From Myxococcota bacterium (GTDB taxonomy: Bacteria > Myxococcota_A > SURF-8), in the NCBI GenBank assembly GCA_963674735.2, contig CAXXQS010000001.1, forward strand, positions 192,001-256,000: a DNA stretch of 64,000 nucleotides, written 5' to 3'. Below, piece after piece: positions 8,501 through 15,556 of the stretch (its first letter is position 1; each line of letters opens with the position of its first letter). The notes beneath the pieces were generated by a model, which did not search any database, was not told the DNA's origin, and saw only the letters and a list, made by a program, of their open reading frames with translations. The position numbers and the translations under genes were made by a program.

Positions 8501-10062
8501 TCGAAGCTACAGTCGCCTTGGGAGTTCAGATAATCGCGCGTGCAGGGGTTGGCATCGTCGCAAACAATGTCGGTGTCTCCATCGATGTCGCCGTCGACGG
8601 TCAGGCAATCGATGAGTTCGTTGCAGGGGGCGGTGGAGAAGCATTCAATCTGATCGGGTGCCAAGTTGTAATCTTCGCAGAGGTCGATGCAGTCTTCAAC
8701 GTTATCGCCCAAGAACGAGCCGGAATAAAGAAATCCGCAATCCTCTGCGTGTAGGCAGGCCGTTTTGCAGGTATAGGGATCGTCGGGATCGATATCGCCA
8801 TCGATGATGTCGCCGTCGATCACGTCGTCATCCTCATCGCCGTCTACCACGTTGACGCAGTTGTAAAGGTCGCTGCAATCTTCGGTGGACAAACATTCCA
8901 GTTGGTTGGGACCGAGTCCGTATGACTCGCAGAGATCCGTGCATTCGTAGACATTGGCGCCGAAAAGCGAACCGGAGTAGAGATAGCCGCATTCATCCGC
9001 ATGCACGCATGCCGTCTGGCAGCTGTAGGGTTCATCGGGATCGATGTCGCCGTCGATGAAGGCTTCCACTTCATAGAGTACGGTGCGGCGGTCGTCGTAG
9101 CCGTATGGATCGAGGGACTCGCTGTCGCGAACTTCGATACGCAAACGGTAAGTGCCTTCAGATTCGGGGGTATAGTCGATCGCCGGGCTCCCCGGATAAT
9201 CCTGGACAACCTGCCAGGTTTGGCCCGGAGCACGAACCGAATAGCGATACTCGACGGAGTTGGGGCTTACCGCGTAGACATTCAGGAAAATGTTTTGACC
9301 GACATAGCCCTGGGGCGGTTCGACATTGAACCAGACAATTTCCGCTTTGGGCCAGGGGATGTCGTCGTCGGGCTCGATATCGCCATCGATGTCCCCATCC
9401 GTGCCCTCCGGTATCACCTGGTGTTGGACCGTAGCATCGTCATCGAAGCCGTTCGGGTTTACAGACTGCGGATGTCGAATCTGGCAGCGGAAGGTGTAGA
9501 GACCGGGGATGTCGGGACGGAAAGAGATGCTGAAAGACGGAGAGAAATCGACTATATCCATCCACGCGGAGGGGCCTCGCCGGTAGCTGAATTTGTAGAG
9601 CGCGGCTTGGCCATCGCTGGTAGTCGCTTCGGTACGCAGAAGCAGGCGCACGCCTTCTTCGGTGGGGGAGGCCGGCAAAATGAAGAATGAAATCAATTCG
9701 GCGGTTTGATCGATATCACCATCTGTATCCGGGCCATCGACCTGGTCCCCGTCGGTGTCGCCATCCACATCCGGACCATCCACGAGATCGCCATCGGTGT
9801 CGCCATCCGAGAAATCACCGTCGGTATCGCCATCCGGGATGTCATTCTCGTTCTGGTCGCCATCGGGATTGGGGGCGAAATCGAAGTCGCCCTGCATGCC
9901 GGGTCCAGGGACACAGGCGTAATCATCGTTACAGACGTAGCCTTCCGGGCACTGGGCGTCGGTCAGACATTCACCGTCGACAGTGATAGTGGGAGGACCG
10001 TTACAGGCAGCCAGAAAAAGGAACAAAGCGGCAATCCAATAGCCGAACAGTCTGGATGGCAT
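5578..10062 (-). CDS. Giant modular surface lipoprotein (Ig-like repeats, Cys-rich modules, thrombospondin type-3 repeats, DGD linkers)
   Basis: GGAG RBS, lipobox FLAA-C, seven ~100-aa beta domains ending in G(Y/F)DD, three helical Cys modules, CDDxNxCTxD repeats, DxDxDDVPDVDDNCP TSP3 repeats and C-terminal Cys repeats. Confidence 0.85.
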   Translation of the reverse strand: MPSRLFGYWIAALFLFLAACNGPPTITVDGECLTDAQCPEGYVCNDDYACVPGPGMQGDFDFAPNPDGDQNENDIPDGDTDGDFSDGDTDGDLVDGPDVDGDTDGDQVDGPDTDGDIDQTAELISFFILPASPTEEGVRLLLRTEATTSDGQAALYKFSYRRGPSAWMDIVDFSPSFSISFRPDIPGLYTFRCQIRHPQSVNPNGFDDDATVQHQVIPEGTDGDIDGDIEPDDDIPWPKAEIVWFNVEPPQGYVGQNIFLNVYAVSPNSVEYRYSVRAPGQTWQVVQDYPGSPAIDYTPESEGTYRLRIEVRDSESLDPYGYDDRRTVLYEVEAFIDGDIDPDEPYSCQTACVHADECGYLYSGSLFGANVYECTDLCESYGLGPNQLECLSTEDCSDLYNCVNVVDGDEDDDVIDGDIIDGDIDPDDPYTCKTACLHAEDCGFLYSGSFLGDNVEDCIDLCEDYNLAPDQIECFSTAPCNELIDCLTVDGDIDGDTDIVCDDANPCTRDYLNSQGDCSFDPLPNGSSCSDGLVCTEGDLCYFGHCVSLELDCDDDNSCTDDFCTEPTGCSSTVLPDGTPCETNDPDIPEGICASGICSAWPRAVINDFYGDPADEAFLGETINLRIRSESPPPYMYYRIDVRRAGEGWVTLMDFPGYYTAEWNPSETGSYELRARVFHPDSLDPRGYDDERIITYEISTDWPKAKITDFYADPADEAAVGETVSLRIRSESPPPYMYYRIDARIEGGEWMTVMDYPGYFQKDWSPESPGNYQLRARVVHPDSEDPRGYDDEAFLSYTVSADWPKAVINDFYGTPDETADLGEMVSLRIRSESPPPYMYYQIEARLEGGSWTTIMAYPGYFQHDWTPGEAGSYELRARVVHPDSEDPRGYDDEMIIPYQVVGSWPAARITDFYGTPDGNADFGEAVSLRIRSESPPPYMYYRIDMQFEDGDWVTLMDYPGYYLYSWAPTQAGNYRLRARVFHPDSEDPRGYDDEMTIEYRISADWPTADIVSFSAAPPDQAQIDDPVALSISTDPASPIHYRVDYRLDGGPWQNLMDYPGASNIVWTPEAAGQYNLRARVLHAESVDPTGYDDEVVLDYLVYQEVDGDTDGDLPVYDCHSACSRIELCGYLGAGLPFGDTIEECIDFCEDAALDSAVLACLSLEDCNTLWNCLEVVDGDIDGDTDEPLDRDGDDVPDVDDNCPSHYNPQQENSDRDLLGDACDNCIYAANQNQLDSDNDGLGNACDPTAFDPNACAEVGCSDDSSCTNYGLLCLENMGICSRDCGGGSDCPKPWTCGSDGYCACPDDPPDCPVICSTDTQCSNDLPFCADVYGFDEVKECSKACDTDSQCPSGYRCHYGNCVCDYLSNDRCVQSECSTDAECTEQGWNECLFVEPLGMQWCTQSCGNDQDCPDMSSCFEGYCLCEELPPPECNYGSCFTDENCWSIYGSQSYCTGEWWPLFERYCTQSCVTNIECIETFGADFICDTGECRCRE
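6760..8262 (-). repeat. Intragenic tandem array of five Ig-like units, period 303 nt (101 aa)
   Basis: The Trp codon starting each 'WPxA' unit begins at 8262, 7959, 7656, 7353 and 7050. Four units share LRIRSESPPPYMYY and HPDSxDPRGYDDE. Confidence 0.9.
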
Positions 10063-10570
10063 GGTGTGTACTCCTTCAAACGTCCGCAAACATCAATCCA
10101 TTATCGATCATGACACTCCATATTAAGTAAAAGGAGCCTTCATGTAAAGAATTATAGTGTAATTATGCAGTGCTGGCTTCAGATTGTCGAAGTTTGTCAA
10201 GCCGGATCGAGAACGATCGTTTGGTTTAGTCGACGGGGTTGCGCCAAGGTTTGCGATTTTCGATAATCGGAAACGAATACGGCTTTCAATTGCGAATAAT
10301 AACAAATAATAACAGTTAGTTAAAGCAGTCGTCAAAAACCGGACGAAATTGGGTTCCGGCGGAGAGAATCTCAACTTTAAGGTCTCATATCGTCACAATC
10401 TTGACGAACGAATTGTTTTGCATATGTATGAGTTGTACTGATATAGGGACGAAATTTTCATTATTCTGAAAAATTAATGTTGAATTTTGCAAAATTTCAG
10501 ATATAATCGATGTACATTCAATAGAGGATACTTAAGTCAGAATTTTGGCAGACCAGGGGAGAATGTGACG

Positions 10571-10786
10571 ATGAAGAATTTCACATTGGTGATCGGACGG
10601 GATCACGAATCGGGAATGCTGACGGCGGTCGTGCCGGAATTACCGGGTTGCATGACCAGCGGTGATTCGTTGAGCGAGCTTGAGTTGAATGCCAAACAGG
10701 CGATTCAGGTCTATTTAGACAGTAATTTCCGCCTCGCTCCGACTACCCAATTCTTGGGGGTCCAGTCCATTCACCTCGATTCTTGA
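10571..10786 (+). CDS. HicB-family antitoxin-like protein (short, orphan)
   Basis: VPELPGCMTSGDSLSELELNAKQAIQVYL matches the HicB/UPF0150 motif. No DNA-binding tail and no adjacent hicA. Confidence 0.8.
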   Translation: MKNFTLVIGRDHESGMLTAVVPELPGCMTSGDSLSELELNAKQAIQVYLDSNFRLAPTTQFLGVQSIHLDS

Positions 10787-10811
10787 GTATATCGCCTGCG
10801 GGCGTTTGGGC

Positions 10812-10841
10812 TTTGGCCGCTCTTGCCGAGCGGTCTTTGTT
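10812..10841. terminator. Probable terminator between convergent hicB-like and elbB
   Basis: GGCCGCTC-TTGCC-GAGCGGTC stem followed by TTTGTT. Confidence 0.5.
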
Positions 10842-10888
10842 GCGCGTAACCTGCTTTGGGAACGCGCAATTTCTTTATGTGGTTCAGG

Positions 10889-11545
10889 CTAGTTAGCCCA
10901 AGTCAGGATCTGCTTTACCAGCTTCTCGATTCCCAGACTAACCGGATGAATGGACGGTCCGAGCATGTATGCCGGGCAACTGGCGATTTTGTGCTCGTTG
11001 TCGAATACCGCTTGATCTACGGTGGCCATGACATGCTTTGCCCCAGTGCTTTCGATGGCCGCTGCCGTGTTGGCGTCGGTGCCGATCGTTAGTTGAATCC
11101 CGTATGATCCCAGCACTTTGGCGGCCAGAACGGGCGCGATGCAGATGAAGCCGATCGCTTTGTGTTGACGGTGCATGTCGGTAATCAGGCGTTCGACATC
11201 GGCATTGACCGTGCAATCGGGTCCTTTCGTCGCCCAGTTACACAGGTTTTTGGCCGCTCCGAAACCGCCCGGAAAGATCAGGGCATCCAGTTCGTCAGCG
11301 GAAATCTGAGCGATATCAATAATCTGGCCGCGTGCGATGCGCGCCGATTCCACCAGGACATTGCGCTTTTCGTTGGTCGGCTCTTTACGAGCGTGGTCGA
11401 TAACTTCGATGGTGTCGGCATTGGGGGCCATGCAGATGATTTCGGTTCCTTCGCGGTCGAGGTGAAGCAAGGTCAAAGTCGCTTCGTGAATCTCGGCCCC
11501 ATCCATAAATCCCGCGCCCGACAGAACCACTCCAATTTTCGGCAT
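10889..11545 (-). CDS. elbB: Glyoxalase ElbB (DJ-1/PfpI superfamily)
   Basis: DGAEIHEA, ESARIARG, PGGFGAAKNL, ICIAP and PAYM motifs. Confidence 0.95.
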   Translation of the reverse strand: MPKIGVVLSGAGFMDGAEIHEATLTLLHLDREGTEIICMAPNADTIEVIDHARKEPTNEKRNVLVESARIARGQIIDIAQISADELDALIFPGGFGAAKNLCNWATKGPDCTVNADVERLITDMHRQHKAIGFICIAPVLAAKVLGSYGIQLTIGTDANTAAAIESTGAKHVMATVDQAVFDNEHKIASCPAYMLGPSIHPVSLGIEKLVKQILTWAN

Positions 11546-11737
11546 GGGTTTCTCCTTTCCGTAAAAACGGCAACAGCCGTCCGTTCATGTTTCCCTTTAG
11601 GAGCGAAAACGCCTCTCCCAATCATCCCCGTTTTTTCGCTTGAGCGCGATTCCACTTAAAAAGAGAGCATCCCGAAAGTATGGTAGCAGGCCCATCAGAA
11701 TGTGTAAAGGCCGCGGATGTGGCTTTAATTCGGTGGA

Positions 11738-13132
11738 TCAGGTGGGACCGAGGCGGTGACCCTTGGGAAGGCGCTTGCGTATTTTGCCGACCACGTCGTA
11801 GTCGTGGGTATGCGTGATCGTGATCGGAACGATGCGGCCTGCTTGCGCTTCGCCATCGCTGATATAGGTGACGCCGTCGATATCGGCCGCCTGCCCCCAG
11901 AATCGACCGACGGTCAGCAGCTCGTGTTCAGCGCTTTCACCCATGATCAGGGTGTCCACCACTTTGCCTTTCAAGCGGCTTAGCCGTTGGCGCGATACCT
12001 TACGTTGCGCTTCCATGAGACTCTCCAGGCGTTCCGCCTTAACCTCTTCGTCGATCTGTCCCGCCATGCGCGCTGCCGTTGTGCCTTCTTCCGGGGAATA
12101 GGCGAAGGCTCCCAAACGGTCGAAATAGCCATCTTCCACCAGCGCGAGCAGTTTCTCGAATTGTGCATCGCTTTCGCCGGGAAAACCGACGATGACCGTG
12201 CTGCGCAAAACGGCATTGGGTAGATGGTGCCGCACGCGCTCCAGGGCCAAGCGGGTGGTCTGTTCGTCATCGCGTCGGCGCATGGCTTTCAAGATGGTGT
12301 CGTCGATATGCTGGATCGGCATGTCGATGTAAGGCAGGACGGCCTCGCTGTCGGCCATGGCCTGCAGGAGGTCATCGTTTACCCAGTGTGGATAAAGGTA
12401 ATGCAGACGCGTCCAGTGAGAGCCTTCGGCTAGGGAGGGATGCTCGATCAGTTTGGCCAGCGAGGCCCCGTCGCGGCGGTCTTCGCCGTAGGCGCTGAGA
12501 TTCTGGGCGATCAGGTTGAATTCCATCACGCCTTGGGCCTTGAGTTGTTCGACTTCCTGCCAGATGTCGGCCATGGAACGGCTTTTCTGCGGACCGCGCA
12601 GCTTGGGAATGATGCAGAAGGCACAGCCGCAGGAACAACCTTCAGCCAGCTTGATGTTGGCGGTATAGGGCGGAGTGGCCAGCCGCCGAGGCGTGTCGGC
12701 GTCCAGAAGAAAACCCGGACGGCCGATGTGCAGTCGCGTCCCTTCACCCATGAGAATCTGTTCGAGCGTCAACAGGTCACCGGTTCCGATGAAGTGATCC
12801 ACCTCGGGCAAGTCGTCGGTCAGATCGGTTGCATAGCGTTGCGCCAGACATCCGGCCATGATCAGGATGCGGCAACGACCGCTCTGTTTGAACTCGGCCA
12901 TTTCCAGAATCGTGTCAACCGACTCTTCTTTGGCGTCGCCGACGAAGGCGCAGGTGTTGACCACGATGGCTTCGGCTGCGGCCGGGTCGGGGACGATCGT
13001 CCAGCCGGCTCGTTCGCTCAAACCCAGCAACACTTCCGTATCGACGAGGTTTTTGGCGCATCCCAACGAAACGAAGTGAATGGTTCGGGAAGAGGAACTG
13101 TTTGGCGATTGTGTTCGACGAATAGAGCTCAC
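11738..13132 (-). CDS. rimO: Ribosomal protein S12 methylthiotransferase RimO
   Basis: SLGCAKNLVD, NTCAF, GCLAQRY, radical SAM CxxxCxxC, and C-terminal TRAM domain with A(A/P)DIDG. Confidence 0.93.
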   Translation of the reverse strand: MSSIRRTQSPNSSSSRTIHFVSLGCAKNLVDTEVLLGLSERAGWTIVPDPAAAEAIVVNTCAFVGDAKEESVDTILEMAEFKQSGRCRILIMAGCLAQRYATDLTDDLPEVDHFIGTGDLLTLEQILMGEGTRLHIGRPGFLLDADTPRRLATPPYTANIKLAEGCSCGCAFCIIPKLRGPQKSRSMADIWQEVEQLKAQGVMEFNLIAQNLSAYGEDRRDGASLAKLIEHPSLAEGSHWTRLHYLYPHWVNDDLLQAMADSEAVLPYIDMPIQHIDDTILKAMRRRDDEQTTRLALERVRHHLPNAVLRSTVIVGFPGESDAQFEKLLALVEDGYFDRLGAFAYSPEEGTTAARMAGQIDEEVKAERLESLMEAQRKVSRQRLSRLKGKVVDTLIMGESAEHELLTVGRFWGQAADIDGVTYISDGEAQAGRIVPITITHTHDYDVVGKIRKRLPKGHRLGPT

Positions 13133-13259
13133 GGCAGTCTCCGTTGGCGACAGTCAAGGCGCGCAGCATAACGGGTTTCGGGGGAGGGTGCAAGGGCTTT
13201 GCGGCAGAAGAAGGGCGTTTCAATTCTGATTGAGTCTCGAATAATCTTCGATTGATGAT

Positions 13260-13335
13260 GGGTGGCACGGGCTAAACCGTTAAGTTTGCCCGTGAAAACA
13301 ACATGGGCAAGCCAAAGGCTTGGCCCATGGCACCC
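13260..13335. repeat. REP/REPIN-like inverted doublet of imperfect palindromes
   Basis: Unit 1 is GGGTGGCACGGGCTAAACCGTTAAGTTTGCCCGTG. Unit 2, read on the minus strand, is GGGTGCCATGGGCCAAGCCTTTGGCTTGCCCATG. They are separated by a short A-rich spacer. Confidence 0.6.
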
Positions 13336-13410
13336 CGTAAGCCGAATTATAGTGGGTGGAAAACGGTGAAAAGCTTAGAATTGAAATGCCTTGCCGCAGA
13401 AGAGGGCGCT

Positions 13411-15051
13411 TCAGCGGGGGAGGTCGGCCAGGTTGTCGGGAATGCGCCGAGCGCGGGCGAAGGTGAGTAAGTCGGCCATAACGGGCATTTGGGGGTTGCG
13501 CGCCAACGTTTGTTCATAGAGCTCGATGGCTTGTTCGAATTCCCCCAGCCCATGATAGCAAATGGCGCGTTCCCGATCGAGGAATGCCTTGTCGCGTTCG
13601 GCGGATATCGTTCGGGCTTTTTCATACGCCAGCAAAGCTTGATTAAAATCGCCCTCGACGCGCCTGAACCAGCCGAGATTGGCCTGCACCCGCCAACTTT
13701 GTGGAGTGGTTTCGGCGGCGGACTCGAACAGGGATAGATTGTCGTGCCAATCCAGATTACGTGTCATGATGCGCCAAGACATGCTCGCGATCAGCAGAAT
13801 CAGTAAAACAGCCAAAACTTGAACTTGCCGATGATGCAGGCGGCGGCGTAACTCGACCAGAATCAACCCTAATAGTAGGCAGAGCCCGAAAGACGGCAGG
13901 AGCAGTAAGCGTTCGGCTACCAAGGTGGGTAGCGGGGTGAGTAGGTTGCTTGCCGGAGCGAATGTGATCAAGCTGAACAACAAGGCCAGGGTCAGAATCG
14001 GGGTGCGTCGAAAGGAGGCGACAGCGAGTGCAAAGGCACCCAGTAGCAGAATCAGCATCCCGATCGGTTTCGGATGAAACAGCGAGGTTACAAGCGGAAT
14101 CTGATTGAACGAGTAATCGATGGACAACCGCCACGGCCAGAGCAACAAACGCAGGTATTCCGCTATGGCGGTGAGAGCCGTCGAAAAATAGACGGACGCC
14201 GGTTGTCCGGCGAGTGGTGTGTCGGCACGGTGAATGGCCGGAGTCAAGGCCTCGAAAAAGTGATAGCGAAGAGCAAAATAGGCGGCCAGGACCAAGAGGA
14301 GAATCAACCATTGGGTCCACATATGGGTAACGGCGGAACCTTTGGAGGGTTGGGCGAACAGATTGCTCTTGGGTTGATTCATGATCAGATTCAGATCGAA
14401 AACCAGAAAAATGCCCAGTAAGGTCATGCCGGTTTCTTTGGAAAGAAGAGCCAGAATGAACAAGCCGATCGCCCATCCTCGCTGCCAGATGTCGGCCGGA
14501 GTTTTACGCAGTCCGGCATATATGACAGTAGCCCAAAGAACAAAAAAAGCCGATAGCAGGTCCGAGGTCGCGGAGATGGAGTTGACCGCTTCGCTGTGAA
14601 CCGGGTGAGCGGCGAATAGCAGGCCGGTCATGAGGGTGACTGCCGGATTGTGGGTCAGGCGGTAGGCCAGCAAACCGGCCATGAAAGTGACCAGGGCATA
14701 CAACAGCAGACTGATCAGGTGGAAAGCGAAAGGATTGAGCCCCATCGATTGATGGACGATCCGCATAAGCAACCCCGTTACCGGTCGCCAGGAACCGGTG
14801 GCGTCGCTTCCCGATAGGCACCACACATCCCGGCTCAACAATTCGCCAAGAGGTAACTCCCCTTTCACACAAGGGTTCTCGACGATGGTACGGAAGTCGT
14901 CGTAGGTGAATCCGTTAGGTAGGCTGTTGGCATACAAAACAAGTGACAACAATGCCGGAAGCAGCAAAGTCGCTGCGATTGCTCGCCGGGTTGCGATTCC
15001 CTCTACGAGGACCGTCACCCGGCGTCCTGGTTCGACGAGTAGCGCCGACAT
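13411..15051 (-). CDS. TMTC-like protein O-mannosyltransferase (GT-C, GT105-like) with C-terminal TPRs
   Basis: FTYDD, WRP, HPVHSEAV, SKETG, WPWRLSIDYS, AERLLLLPS and RNLDW motifs, followed by TPR helices. GGAG RBS before ATG 15051. Confidence 0.85.
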   Translation of the reverse strand: MSALLVEPGRRVTVLVEGIATRRAIAATLLLPALLSLVLYANSLPNGFTYDDFRTIVENPCVKGELPLGELLSRDVWCLSGSDATGSWRPVTGLLMRIVHQSMGLNPFAFHLISLLLYALVTFMAGLLAYRLTHNPAVTLMTGLLFAAHPVHSEAVNSISATSDLLSAFFVLWATVIYAGLRKTPADIWQRGWAIGLFILALLSKETGMTLLGIFLVFDLNLIMNQPKSNLFAQPSKGSAVTHMWTQWLILLLVLAAYFALRYHFFEALTPAIHRADTPLAGQPASVYFSTALTAIAEYLRLLLWPWRLSIDYSFNQIPLVTSLFHPKPIGMLILLLGAFALAVASFRRTPILTLALLFSLITFAPASNLLTPLPTLVAERLLLLPSFGLCLLLGLILVELRRRLHHRQVQVLAVLLILLIASMSWRIMTRNLDWHDNLSLFESAAETTPQSWRVQANLGWFRRVEGDFNQALLAYEKARTISAERDKAFLDRERAICYHGLGEFEQAIELYEQTLARNPQMPVMADLLTFARARRIPDNLADLPR

Positions 15052-15188
15052 GAAGGCTCCATTCTGTAAAAACACTTTATTATAGCATAGTTACATGTCG
15101 GGCGCAACGATTGCGCGTCTTTCGCGCAAATCTTTCTCCCCTATGCGTCGGGCGAGGTGTCGATACCGGGAAGCCGGGTGGTCAACGC

Positions 15189-15404
15189 TTAGAGATCGCG
15201 GGTTATTTCACCATCTTGCGGGAAACGTCCAACCTTGTGTTTCGAGAAAACAAGAACGCCGTCACGGCTGACATCGAGGACTCCGCCGCTGCCGGGGTGT
15301 AAGGCGATTTCCGCTTGCGGATCGTGGGCTTTGATTTCCGCCGACAACCTGTCGGCGCGGGGTTTGTAGTTTCAAGACGTGCAGTAGGTGATGGACCATT
15401 TCAT
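15189..15404 (-). CDS. SelW/SelT/SelH (Rdx family) selenoprotein, 71 aa, CxxU motif
   Basis: Not in the ORF track. AAGGA RBS, then MKWSITYCTS-U(TGA at 15374-15372)-NYKPRADRLSAEIKAHDPQAEIALHPGSGGVLDVSRDGVLVFSKHKVGRFPQDGEITRDL-TAA. Rdx motifs lie on both sides of the TGA. Confidence 0.9.
15339..15357 (-). promoter_or_regulatory. Bacterial SECIS-like hairpin
   Basis: CGCCGACA-GGT-TGTCGGCG perfect stem beginning 14 nt after the UGA, with a G/GU-containing apical loop. Confidence 0.75.
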
Positions 15405-15468
15405 AACGATTCCTTTCATGGCTCTCGGCGGGCATGCGTTTGTCCGCCCGACCGGAATTTATCTCGTC

Positions 15469-15520
15469 ACTATAACACATCGGGAAAGCGCTTGACCACA
15501 CTTCCGACTCGCTCTAGGAT
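15469..15520. promoter_or_regulatory. Divergent promoters for polA (+) and the selenoprotein gene (-)
   Basis: Plus strand: TTGACC-17 nt-TAGGAT (15492-15520). Minus strand: extended -10 TGtTATAGT (15477-15469). Confidence 0.55.
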
Positions 15521-15556
15521 GAGCCACCTTTTAACGGTTGATTCGAGGCAGGGACC

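Noticed and set aside
4234-10062. Rhombosortase/GlyGly-CTERM pairing of the rhomboid and the giant protein
   Set aside because: The giant protein ends in a Cys module with no C-terminal TM helix or basic tail.
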